Source: Octopus sinensis
Taxonomy: Eukaryota
Assembly (NCBI RefSeq): GCF_006345805.1
Contig: NC_042998.1
Coordinates: 192,138,001-192,202,000, forward strand
Length of the DNA stretch: 64,000 nucleotides
Direction of reading: 5' to 3'
Below, in pieces: positions 37,736-50,422 of this stretch (position 1 is its first letter; each line of letters opens with the position of its first letter). Under the pieces are notes generated by a model. It saw only the letters and a program-made list of their open reading frames with translations. It searched no databases and was not told the origin of the DNA. Position numbers and translations under genes: made by a program.

Positions 37736-38360
37736 CAGGGTGTTCGGACTAAATTTTAGATCTTTCACAATGCCACATTCAGAATCAAAAATATTTAAAA
37801 AGGGGAAAATAGAAATATCAACTAGGTTGTGGTTGGAGGATTATAGCCCTCAGCTTCCACCACGGCCAGAAGACAGCTGAGGAACATGGGGTATACGGTT
37901 TTCACTGTATCCCTGGGAAGATCTTCAAACATCTTGATCTTGGCTATAGGATTGGCCTTAGTGTATCAGGCAGAATGGTTGGTGTTTTACTCAGCCGAGC
38001 CCCTCACGTAGTAACCTAAAGAAGTACAATCGGAGGAATTCGCAGGCCAGAAATTGGGGCCGGTGAAGTCATAGAAATTCTCTGACGCTTTCCTGAGGTA
38101 TGGTAAGGAGCAGAATCTTGCTTCTACATATAAGGATACATATAAGGTTTGATGCACAGTCTCTAGCAGCTTCAAATAGCCGTCTGAATTGAACCTAAGA
38201 CCCTGTTCAAAGATGTTGGGCGAACTCCGGCGTGTGAATGGAGTAGAGCGCCTGCTGTGTCTTTTCCTTCTGGCCATGACTCGCCTGTCTCCTTCGCAGC
38301 TGTCCATGTCACGTTTTACAGCCTTTACAGTATTCGCAAAGTATTGAGCTGCAGTCATGA
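37736..38360 (-). mobile_element. Internally deleted mariner-like element (maT/DD37D-like)
   Basis: TA|CAGGGTGTTCGG TIR. IFEQGLRFNSDGY..NFWPANSSDC..LGYYVRG. Confidence 0.8.
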
Positions 38361-38369
38361 TGTCGGCCT

Positions 38370-38580
38370 TCTAGCTGTAACCTTCTGGAGAAGGTTGCAG
38401 CTGGATTGACTACAATCTCTAGCGGCTTCACGTAGCCGTCTGAATTTCACCTAAAGCTCTGTTCCAAGATGTGGGGCAGCCTCAAGCCACACTCATGAAG
38501 GCACCCCCAAAGACCATCGCAGTTTGAGGAAACTTGATTTCCATATTGTCCATGTTACGAAGAAACTCCAGTCAATGTGA
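38370..38580 (-). mobile_element. Further fragment of the same mariner-like transposase (undeleted central part)
   Basis: KFPQTAMVFG..PHILEQ..NSDGYVKPLE. Confidence 0.7.
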
Positions 38581-38742
38581 TTTCAAACAAACTTTGTCTC
38601 TCCCTACCACATATAAGTAACTTTTGAAAATATATTGAACTCAAATAGCTTGATTCAGATATTCGTCAAAGCAAATCTTCATCGTTCAAAAAGGATGTAG
38701 GTAGTGTCCATTACAATTTTCAGAAACCTCGAAACTGATGGA

Positions 38743-38804
<62 letters not shown>

Positions 38805-41125
38805 AAACGGAATACCTGACTTGACTACTTGTAACAAAATGGACTCTACTAAATGCATCCAAGGGTGAGGCGATGGTATTAAACCGATCGATGGATTAAA
38901 CCTTACACGGTAAGATTCGAGCTCAAAACTCAAAAAGCCTGAATAAACGCTGCAAGTTATTCTGTTTAACGTTCTAGCTATTCTGGATTCGGACAGTCCC
39001 TTGCAGGTAATTACTTTATCGACTCCAGGAAGATGAAGGTGGGAGCCTGAATGAATGCCGTAAAGCATTTTGTCAGACACTGAAATACTTCAATTAGTTC
39101 GCCTTTCAGTAAGTTTTCTCCGCCAGAGTTTTAAAACCTGGCAACAAGAGTCAAACACAATTAAATATAAATGCATTTTTAATAACTCATTTTATATTTT
39201 TGAAAGTTTGTAGCTGTTTTGTATGTCTACTTTCGTCAGAAGTATTCGCAGATATATACCACCATGGAGAATTGCATTATATACCAGTGCCTAGAACTAG
39301 TTACTAACGCCACTAAACAAATTTCCATCGTATTATTCCCATACTTACAAATTATATTTGTTCCCCACACTTTCGACTGGTTTAACTCAGGAATCAGTGT
39401 TATTCATAAATTTACTTCTCACACTTTGTATGTAATTATTTTGGTTTCTAACTTCCACGCAACACCTATTCTGATAAGTGAATTGGTTGGTGGCGGAAAT
39501 TTTCAAGTATCCCTCAACAGTCTGAACAAATGCGCTATCTTCCACCTCACTCCACGAAAGTAAGATTGGTTCATAAATCATAAATCTGCTGTGTCGGGTT
39601 CGACCAGGGCGAAACAACAAAAACGACAAGCGTCGATATTTTTGAACCCAGAGTGAGGATAGAAAAGTTACCTCAAGCAGAATCCGAACTCACTATGTAA
39701 AAGGATTGAGTACAATGCTACAAGGAAAGCAGCATGGTTAGCTACCAATTCTGCCACACCATTACCTTTAATGAACGTGGTAATCGTCGATCAAATCACG
39801 TGAAATATGATGTTGCTTTATCAAAACGGAACAAAGAAAAAGGCATTTGGTTTCCGAGGGGAAAAAAATAGCCAACAGCTCCGCCGATTGCACATAAATA
39901 TTAGAATAGTTTGAATCCTATTATCATCATTTTGCAGGTTGCATGAAATACATCGTGTAAATATAACGTAGCAGTTAAAATTATAAAAAAAAAAAGCAGT
40001 CGGTGATTTACGGAGATCTGCGAACATTAAACAGAGTTGTTAAGTCATATTTTATAGCAATTCTTTTGTTGTAGAAGCAAACAACTGAAACAAATTCTCA
40101 TTAATTATAGAATGGAAAGGTTAAACACGTAAAACATATTTTAATGGCTGAGCTTAATTTGTGAGTGTAGTTATAGCTGGATCGTTAAGAAGTTAGCAAT
40201 CACGTGATCTGGGATTCGATGCCTAACCCCTGCAGCTTGGTCATGTGTCTTCTGTCACAAATTTGTAATTGAAATTTGGTTGACAGAAACTCACCGGAAG
40301 TCTGCCGGATAAGATTTATTTCTTCTTAGGTGATGGAAACAATTAGTCCCCAAGTTTTATACCATCTTCGGAACACTGGGCGATTTTAGCGTGGTTAGAG
40401 GATCATTCATGAGAAATACTTTCCCATTTTCAGTCTCAGAGCCGCGGTAAATAATATTTATGGGGTGACACATTTCTTCTTGGCTAATCTATTCAGAAAT
40501 AAGTTTAATAATTAACTTCAGTGTTTAAGCTATAATATACCAAAGCATTCAACATGTAACGTATGGAGCTCGTGTTTATTGAGTACTTATTATGATGGGG
40601 AATCTTCAGAGAATCAGTTGAACTATGGACAAAATAACACATGCATTTAATTAAGCCTTTTTGTGCCTTACTCTTCGCAGATCTTTTAGAGAAGTACTAT
40701 TCGAGAACCAGCTCTATGTAAACGATTATATCCACAGCCAACAACCAAATTCCTCCCCTTTATTTAACAAAAACTTCTACACCACAAACGACTTCTATAG
40801 GAAAAATATCATTTTTGTTACATAACCCCAGAATCTATCCAGGCAAGTTTTGCCATCCGTATGCACACAACTAGTATCCCTATGTATAAATCATATATAA
40901 ATAGAACTAAAATGTAACCCTGAAAAAAATTCAGGCTATGAAGCGTGTAGAATCTGCAGACTAGATGATTGTGAGATGGAAGATGCTTTATAAAATCAGA
41001 TATTTTCAGTATATTTCAGTTAGACAAGTGGAATTATCTACTGTCATCCGATTGAAATCATCTACCACACTTACAGACGAAAGCACATACATACATAATT
41101 ACATAGAGTAATTAAGTACGTATAC

Positions 41126-41159
<34 letters not shown>

Positions 41160-41502
41160 ATTAAATATAGCTGAGATTTTCATTAATTTTATGGAATGGT
41201 TGGGTTTTACCCGTTATTAAATTAAAATTAACATCTAAATAATTAACATTATAGTTCTCATTATAAATAGTAATACTTAAACCATATCTTTTAAAGAAAT
41301 TATAAAGTTAATATTTTTGTTATTCTACCAAATATATACATTTTACTTAATCATTGTTATATGTTTTACCTTATATTTAATCTTTCTATAAGAATTTTTT
41401 CTAAATGGTAAAATTTAATTGCTCATTATTGAATTGATAAAAGGTGGATTTTTTTCTAATTTATATAAATTGTTTAAACCTCGCCAAGAAAAATATTTAA
41501 AC

Positions 41503-41563
41503 CACCTGATGAATGACTGCGACTCAAAAATTTGAAGACAGCAGGCTTGAAACGATCGTAGTG
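41503..41563 (+). ncRNA. Type I hammerhead ribozyme with intact catalytic core
   Basis: CAC-CUGAUGA-[AUGACUGC..GCAGGCUU]-GAAA-CGAUCG-UA-GUG, with a palindromic stem III (ACGAUCGU) and a GUA cleavage triplet. Confidence 0.72.
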
Positions 41564-42114
41564 TGATATTAATTATATTTTTTTGATAATTTTGTTACAT
41601 ATTTAAATAATATAAATTAATCATATGTATTGGCTTAAGTTTTTCATTGTTTGATTTGCCTAATAGTGGTTTTGTCTCTAATTTAATATAATATATATAT
41701 ATATATATATACATGTTTTCACGCAGACACTCAAACGCAGCCACACACACATATAACCCAAAATACCTAAGTAAGCTTTGATAAACTAATTCCAGACAAC
41801 AACACCCCGCCACCACCCACACACAGTATAATGGAACTAGTCTAAAAGTGCGTACAGATAGAGTATCAACAAGGACATTTCTTCTTATGTATAACATCAA
41901 ACAAATACACTACTTCAAATCTGGGTATTAACACGCCCTGTTTCTACGCTGTATGCACTCATCAACTGAAAATTAGTTCCTAAACTATTAATACTCTCCA
42001 GAACCTGTAACAATCTTCCGATTTAACCTCACTAGAAATTTCATTTTTACTTTTGTTTCTATATATATAGTTTGAATTGACAAAAATAACATATATATAT
42101 ATCTAAATATATAT

Positions 42115-42158
<44 letters not shown>

Positions 42159-42166
42159 ATATATAT

Positions 42167-42550
42167 AGGCGCAGGAGTGGCTGTGTGGTAAGTAGCTTGC
42201 TAACCAACCGTGGCATCTTGGGCGAGTGTCTTCTGCTATAGCCCCGGGCCGACCAATGCCTTGTGAGTGGATTTGGTAGACGGAAACTGAAAGACGCCTG
42301 TCGTATATATGTATATATATATATGTATGTGTGTGTGTTTGTGTGTCTGTGTTTGTCCCCCTAGCATTGCTTGACAACCGATGCTGGTGTGTTTACGTCC
42401 CCGTCACTTAACGGTTCGGCAAAAGAGACTAATAGAATAAGTACTGGGCTTACAAAGAATAAGTCCCGGGGTCTATTTGCTCGACTAAAGGCGGTGCTCC
42501 AGCATGGCCGCAGTCAAAATGACTGAAACAAGTAAAAGAGTAAAAGAGTA
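42167..42550 (+). mobile_element. SINE family B lacking the B-box segment (second copy 43613-43996)
   Basis: aaccaacc|gtggcatc here versus aaccaaccacatggttccgggttcagtcccactgcgtggcatc in intact copies. Confidence 0.9.
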
Positions 42551-42606
42551 AAGATATATATATAATAGTAAATAATATATATATATATATATATACATGC
42601 ATATAT

Positions 42607-42900
42607 GGGTACAGTACATCACCAACGGTTCAAACAACATGAAATACTTAAACAAAGAGAAAAAAAACCTCAGCTCTTTTGACCGTTCGTGAAGGAAAAG
42701 AGAGATGGTCACGTGAGAGAAAGAAAGATGGACGATGGTCACATGTTAGCAACGAGAGCGAGAGGTAGGAAAAAGAGAAAGAGGGGAATAGTCCTTTTCT
42801 GTGTTTACTTGTCCTGTTCTCCATTTTTTCTCGTTTATGTATTTAACCTGCTGGTTTGCTTATTTCATGTTGTTTGAACCGTTTATGATGTCCTGTACCC
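42607..42900. mobile_element. 294-bp MITE with ~42-bp TIRs in TA context (second copy 44060-44352)
   Basis: GGGTACAG.ACATCA..AACGGTTCAAACAACATGAAATA at both ends in inverted orientation. Confidence 0.8.
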
Positions 42901-43543
42901 ATATATACTATATATAGTATATATATATATATATATATATACTATCAGCTAAGCTCAGTTTCACCCGGTCGGTTTGGATGATGTGGCTGTAAAACCGGCT
43001 CTGTGTAATCATTCGACTGTTTGGTCACGCTTACATTGAAAAACAATTTTAGAATGGCTTTTTTCAGTCAAAACGATAAAAATAACCGACTTACCAAAAT
43101 ACGAACCAAGATTCAACCAAATCAAAAAATAAACCCAAATATTAAGGGAACAAAAATAAACCATCCCACTTACATTGCGCCCGAGCCCGTACACACACAC
43201 ACACACATTCACATACGCTTCTTTTACATACACACACATATATTCACACAAAGTTGAAACGCTGTTTGATTTATTTGTTTCAACATACAATTTTCATAAT
43301 CCCACTACCAAGTACGACATCACCCCTTCCTTCCTTATTCATCCATCAACCCTTCCTATCTCATTCAAGTGTATTATTATAGTAGATTATTTTGGTAACC
43401 ATGGGAGCTATGAAAAAATACAAAGCCCAGCATCACCACCGAATTATTCTACACATCTGTGTAATTTTTCGCGCAATTCCACCCTGCCGTTTGACCGTGA
43501 ATCCCAAGACAATAAAGAATCACCCATGTCAAATTTATATCTA

Positions 43544-43605
<62 letters not shown>

Positions 43606-44015
43606 TATATATAGGCGCAGGAGTGGCTGTGTGGTAAGTAGCTTGCTAACCAACCGTGGCATCTTGGGCGAGTGTCTTCTGCTATAGCCCCGGGCCGACC
43701 AATGCCTTGTGAGTGGATTTGGTAGACGGAAACTGAAAGACGCCTGTCGTATATATGTAATATATATATGTATGTGTGTGTGTTTGTGTGTCTGTGTTTG
43801 TCCCCCTAGCATTGCTTGACAACCGATGCTGGTGTGTTTACGTCCCCGTCACTTAACGGTTCGGCAAAAGAGACTAATAGAATAAGTACTGGGCTTACAA
43901 AGAATAAGTCCCGGGGTCGATTTGCTCGACTAAAGGCGGTGCTCCAGCATGGCCGCAGTCAAAATGACTGAAACAAGTAAAAGAGTAAAAGAGTAAAGAT
44001 ATATATATAATAGTA

Positions 44016-44051
<36 letters not shown>

Positions 44052-45070
44052 GCATATATGGGTACAGTACATCACCAACGGTTCAAACAACATGAAATAC
44101 TTAAACAAAGAGAAAAAAAACCTCAGCTCTTTTGACCGTTCGTGAAGGAAAAGAGAGATGGTCACGTGAGAGAAAGAAAGATGGACGATGGTCCATGTTA
44201 GCAACGAGAGCGAGAGGTAGGAAAAAGAGAAAGAGGGGAATAGTCCTTTTCTGTGTTTACTTGTCCTGTTCTCCATTTTTTCTCGTTTATGTATTTAACC
44301 TGCTGGTTTGCTTATTTCATGTTGTTTGAACCGTTTATGATGTCCTGTACCCATATATACTATATATAGTATATATATATATATATATATATACTATCAG
44401 CTAAGCTCAGTTTCACCCGGTCGGTTTGGATGATGTGGCTGTAAAACCGGCTCTGTGTAATCATTCGACTTGTTTGGTCACGCTTACATTGAAAAACAAT
44501 TTTAGAATGGCTTTTTTCAGTCAAAACGATAAAAATAACCGACTTACCAAAATACGAACCAAGATTCAACCAAATCAAAAAATAAACCCAAATATTAAGG
44601 GAACAAAAATAAACCATCCCACTTACATTGCGCCCGAGCCCGTACACACACACACACACATTCACATACGCTTCTTTTACATACACACACATATATTCAC
44701 ACAAAGTTGAAACGCTGTTTGATTTATTTGTTTCAACATACAATTTTCATAATCCCACTACCAAGTACGACATCACCCCTTCCTTCCTTATTCATCCATC
44801 AACCCTTCCTATCTCATTCAAGTGTATTATTATAGTAGATTATTTTGGTAACCATGGGAGCTATGAAAAAATACAAAGCCCAGCATCACCACCGAATTAT
44901 TCTACACATCTGTGTAATTTTTCGCGCAATTCCACCCTGCCGTTTGACCGTGAATCCCAAGACAATAAAGAATCACCCATGTCAAATTTATATCTATCTA
45001 TATATATATATTACGTTTATATATTTGTTGTGCAAAATTTTTTATGTGAAGTCGTGTGTTGAAACAGTTA

Positions 45071-45219
45071 TTGTTATATTTCGGAATGGTCATTTTGCCA
45101 GTTTAGCCAATAAAAACACACGCACTATATATATATACTGAAGCAAAGTAACACCAAATATATAGTGCGTGTGTTTTTATTGGCTAAACTGGCAAAATGA
45201 CCATTCCGAAATGTAACAA
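45071..45219. repeat. 149-bp foldback (~60-bp near-perfect arms)
   Basis: ttgtta.atttcggaatggtcattttgccagtttagccaataaaaacacacgcactatat followed by its reverse complement. Confidence 0.9.
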
Positions 45220-45324
45220 TATATATATATATTCTTTACTATTTATTATTTAATTGAACCCCACGCATCTATTTCAAAGTAAGTTTATCTTCACTTTTTT
45301 GATGCGGCTCTCTTCTCTATACTA

Positions 45325-45494
45325 TTTTCTCCCTCCATCCTGTAGAGCTTATTCCGAACGGTTAATGCTTCTCGATAGCACTGCCAGGCCAGGGATCTCT
45401 GGAAGTTGTGCACAGGTCCCGGCCCGAAAGTCGTTTTGAACAGGCGGGTTAGGTATTCCTCGTCGACGCCCAGATTCGTTCCGAGATCGTCGTC

Positions 45495-45497
<3 letters not shown>
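45325..45497 (-). mobile_element. L1/Tx1-like LINE fragment (post-RT zf-RVT region)
   Basis: LFKTTFGPGPVHNFQRSLAWQCYREALTVRNKLYR resembles the W..K...AW...H.AL.T...L pattern; GC-rich island. Confidence 0.5.
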
Positions 45498-45533
<36 letters not shown>

Positions 45534-46592
45534 CGCACACACATACATGTACAAACACATGCGCGCGCACACGCACACGCACACACGCGCGCGCGCGCGG
45601 CTGACTTCTACGCAGTTCTACATTTACAGAGCAGTTGTTGACCTGGTATATGCAAAAAGTCACTTGCCTAAGGTGCCACACAGGAGGACCGAATCGAAAA
45701 CCAGATGGTTGTGAAGTGAACCACTTAACCAGGCATCGTTCTGTATATATGTATAATGCCCATATACTGTTGTACTTATAGTACAGCTGAATAAAAATAT
45801 TGAGAAAGCCGACTGAAGTATCAATAAATGAGATATTTAAAAGAAAGACCTACTTTTATCAAATGATAATAAGATATAAGTGAGCAGGATAATTGCTATA
45901 ATCTTTTATTTAAGTTATAGTACATCTATCCTGTCAGTATACTTTAAAGATAAGAAATTTACAACGTTTATTTAGTATAATTACACAGAATTTCACCTCC
46001 TACAAGATATACAAAGCAAAATATTCGTATTATTTCCATTAAATTGAATTAATGTAACATTTTTTATCTGTTTTGCCAGAGATTGTAATTTAATAGAAAG
46101 ATGTATTTTTAAAAAAGTATTTATTAAAAATAAAAAAGAAGCTGTCTTGGAGGAAAGAAATAGTTTGGAATTGAATATACAATTTTTTGCTTGTTGTTTT
46201 GTCTAAAATTCAGCCTGAGAGCTCAGACATTTTGTAGAAAACGCTGCAGCAGTGATATTAGGTCCGATTTAAACACACTGAATCACAGATTACAATATAC
46301 AATGTATCCTGTGAAAAGGAAAAACAAAAAGACAGTGGGATGTAATATGAAGGAGACGTGAATGATTTTTCAAGCAAGTTCAACGACAACGCAAATGCTC
46401 TCTCGTTGAATGCGCATCTGATAATAATGTTATTTTTTAGCTTTTGGTCATCCGTTTCTTATCTAGATGTTATGATTAAAGACGTACAAGTCATGACCCT
46501 CTCGCTAAGTAATTTATTTTTTAAGTGAATGTCTGATTGCATTATCTAATGCTTCATTTCTTTTTTTTCAAGTCGCAGGGTATGATTTAATG

Positions 46593-46890
46593 TTTGTTGT
46601 TTGTTCTTTCTCGAGCTATGCCTAGCTCATAAGGGCCGGTTTCCCGGTTTTCTTGGAGTATAGGTTTCCCACCTGGACGGGACGCCGGTCCGTCGCAGGT
46701 GAGCTGCAAGATGCAGGAGGAAAGAGTGAGAGAAAGTTGTGGCGAAAGTGTCAGCAGAAGTTCGCCATTACCTTCTACCGGAGCTTAGGTGTTTCGTTCA
46801 TAAATACACACATCACCCGCTCCGAGGTTCGAACCCGTGATCCCTCAACCGCGAGTCCGCTGCTCTAACCACTAGGCCACGTGTCTCCAC
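46593..46890 (-). mobile_element. SINE head C plus tail 3 (Deu/Nin-like domain)
   Basis: The 12-bp TSD tatgatttaatg is at 46581-46592 and 46891-46902. The tail contains cctgcgacggac..cgtcccgtccagg..gaaaccggg. Confidence 0.88.
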
Positions 46891-47395
46891 TATGATTTAA
46901 TGGAGAATTGGTCGCTATTTCTAACAAGTTAGGCGAACACACAGAGGGTATCTCTTTGGCTTGTCTAACTCGCCCAGCCATGATCACTTAAACGTGCTGC
47001 TATTTTTATGACCGCCAAGTTTGCAATAATGCAAACGTTATACTTAGCAGACAAGATAACAGTGCAAATCTGTAGCAAGATACTTTGATATGTAAATACG
47101 TTTTTTTTTTCTGATAAACTACATAAGAACCACAACGGCGTGCTTCTAAGTTTGCAGACGAATGCACACGTGAATTCAAAAAGCCATAGAAGTGATATAA
47201 ACATAAAGTTTACGTTTTTCCGATAAGATCTACTTCTTTTCAGACGTAAATCCTAAAATATTTCGAAGATAAACATTGTAACACATAATCTAGACAGCGA
47301 AATTTAAATCTAAAAATAAAATTTTTTCAGTTTGCAGGTTTATTAATCCTGTTTCGAAAACTGAATTCCATAAATACCTGTTACAAGTATATATA

Positions 47396-47445
<50 letters not shown>

Positions 47446-47809
47446 TTCTAATGAGGGTGTATCTAATGATCACTCGGTTTGAAAGAAATAGCAGTCATAT
47501 CTCTCTCAACAGACACCCCTTCGACTTTAAAGAGGAAAAGGATATATTATATATTGTCGGCTTTGCTGATATGAAAACAAAGAGAAGGTTGAAGGCTGAA
47601 ATACGTACGATCACGCATCCACATGATCTGGGATAACAAATAGTTATATAACAAAATAAACAACTAGTAACATGAATTTCCCAATAATATAAACCTGCAC
47701 AAATTTGTATATGCTGGATGGATTATCTGCCTCTGCCTATATAAATACATCATACCATACACATACAAGTATATGTATGTATGTACATATATGTATGTAC
47801 GTACGTATG

Positions 47810-47899
<90 letters not shown>

Positions 47900-48059
47900 T
47901 CATCATCATCATCATTTAACGTCCGCTTTCCATGCTAGCATGGGTTGGACGGTTCAACTGGGGTCTGGGGAGCCGAAAGCTACACCAGTCCAGTCAGATC
48001 TGGCAGTGTTTCTACAGCTGGATGCCCTTCCTAACGCCAACCACACCGAGAGTGTAGTG

Positions 48060-50421
48060 GGTGATTTTATGTGCCACCGACACAGGTGCCAGACGAGGCT
48101 GGCAAACGGCCACGCTCGGATGGTGTTTTTATGTGCCACCGACACAGGTGCCAGACGAGGCTGGCAGACGGCCACGCTCGGATGGTGTTTTATGTGCCAC
48201 CGACACAGGTGCCAGATGAGGCTGGCAAACGGCCACGATCGGATGTTGCTTGCTACGTGCCCACAGCACGGAGGCCAGTCGATGCGGCACCGGCTACGGC
48301 CACGTTCGGACAGCCCCCTTGTGTGCCACGTGCCACCGGCACTGGCACCACAAAGATACAAATTCCATTGATGTTCATCTATTTTGATTTGTTTTGATTT
48401 TCACTTGCCTCAACAGGTCTTCACAAGTGTCACAAGAAGGAAGGTATGCACAGGTGGACTGACTACGTCCCAGGTAGGGGCCATGGGTTATGGCCTGACT
48501 AGTCTTGCCGGGTCTTCGGATGGTGTTTTTATGTGCCACCGACACAGGTGCTAGATGAGGCTGGCGAACGGCCACGATCGGATGGTGTTTGTCATGTGCC
48601 CACCGCACTGACTACAGCACTGATGGATTTCTTGTGTACCACAGGCACTGGTACCACAAGATACAAATTCCATTGATGTTCATCTATTTTGTTTATTTTG
48701 ATTTGATTTGATTTAATTTTCACTTGCCTCAACCGGTCTTCACAAGTGTCACAAGAAGGAAGGTATGCACAGGTGGACTGACTAGTCTTGCCGGGTCTTC
48801 GGAAGGTGTTTTTATGTGCCACCGACACAGGTGCCAGATGAGGCTGGCAAAAGGCCATGATCGGATGGTGTTCGTTACGTGCCCACAGCACGGAGGCCGG
48901 TCGATGCGGAACTGGCTACGGCCACGTTCGGATGGTTCTCTTGTGTGCCACCGGCACTGGTACCACAAAGTGTGTGCCACCGGCACTGGTACCACAAAGA
49001 TACAGATTCCATTGATGTTCATCTATTTTGATTTGATTTTCACTTGCCTCAACAGGTCTTCACAAGTGTCACAAGAAGGAAGGTATGCACAGGTGGACTG
49101 ACTACGTCCCAGGTAGGGGCCATGGGTTATGGCCTGACTAGTCTTGCCGGGTCTTCGGATGGTGTTTTTATGTGCCACCGACACAGGTGCCAGATGAGGC
49201 TGGCGAACGGCCACGATCGGATGGTGTTTGTCATGTGCCCACAGCACGGAGGCCAGTCGATGCGGTACTGGCTACGGCCACTTTCGGATGGTTTTCTCTT
49301 GTGTGCCACCGGCACTGGTACCACAAAGATACAAATTCCATTGATGTTCATCTATTTTGATTTGTTTTGATTTGATTTGATTTTGATTTTCACTTGCCTC
49401 AACAGGCCTTCACAAGTATCACAAGGAGGAAGGTATGCACAGGTGGACTGACTACGTCCCAGGTAGGGGCCATGGTTTATGGCCTGACTAGTCTTGCCGG
49501 GTCTTCGGATGGTGTTTTTATGTGCCACCGACACAGGTGCTAGATGAGGCTGGCGAACGGCCACGACCGGATGGTGTTTGTTATGTGCCCACAGCACGAT
49601 GGCCAGTGATGCGGTACTGACTACGGCCATGTTCGGATGGATTCTTGTGTGCCACCGGCACTGGTACCACAAGCGGTACTGACTACTTTTTATGTGCCAC
49701 CGACACAGGTGCTAGATGAGGCTGGCGAACGGCCACGACCGGATGGTGTTTGTTATGTGCCCACCGCACGATGGCCAGTGATGCGGTACTGACTACGGCC
49801 ACGTTCGGATGGATTCTTGTGTGCCACCGGCACTGGTACCACAAGCGGTACTGACTACGGCCACGTTCGGATGGATTCTTGTGAGCCACCGGCACTGGTA
49901 CCACGAAGATACAAATTCCATTGATGTTCATCTATTTTGATTTGTTTTGATTTTCACTTGCCTCAACAGGTCTTCACAAGTGTCGCAAGAAGGAAGGTAT
50001 GTACAGGTGGACTGACTACGTCCCAGGTAGGGCCCACGGGTTATGACCTGACTAGTCTTGCCGAGTCTTCGGATGGTGTTTTTATGTGCCACCATGTTCC
50101 CATAGCACGGAGGCGAGTCGATGCGGTACTGGCTACGGCCACGTTCGGATGGTTTTCTTGTGTGCCACAGGCACTGGTACCACAAAGATACAAATTCCAT
50201 TGATGTTCATCTATTTTGATTGATTTTCACTTGCCTCAGCAGGTCTTCACAAGTGTCACAAGAAGGAAGGTATGCACAGGTGGATCGACTAATTCCATTG
50301 ATGTTCATCTATTTTGATTGATTTTCACTTGCCTCAGCAAGTCTTCACAAGTGTCACAAGAAGGGAGGTATGCACAGGTGGATCGACTACGCCCCAGGTA
50401 GGGGCCACGGGATATGGCCTG
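48060..50421 (-). repeat. Modular tandem array (~280-560-bp units, 6-7 copies) of the RTE 3' UTR
   Basis: gactagtc(t/c)tgccg occurs at 48497, 48780, 49136, 49486, 50050 and 50421; attccattgatgttcatctatttt recurs 7 times. Confidence 0.95.
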
Positions 50422-50422
50422 A

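Larger units (their letters stand above)
42160..45010. repeat. Direct tandem duplication, period 1446 bp, breakpoints in (TA)n
   Basis: SINE B at 42167 and 43613 share the same ~26-bp head deletion, and the downstream ~1 kb is nearly identical. Confidence 0.95.

Noticed and set aside
43175-43687. 170-aa ORF (and its 144-aa duplicate at 44628)
   Set aside because: It spans (CA)n, (TA)n and a SINE head, and has no domain.
45291-45584. AraC-like HTH (LGVDEEYLTRLFKTTFG) suggesting a bacterial insert
   Set aside because: The adjacent residues fit an L1/Tx1 post-RT region better, the match is short, and the ORF start is microsatellite.
48060-50421. CRISPR-like repeat/spacer appearance
   Set aside because: The spacers are themselves repeated, the array derives from the RTE 3' UTR, there are no cas genes, and the context is eukaryotic.
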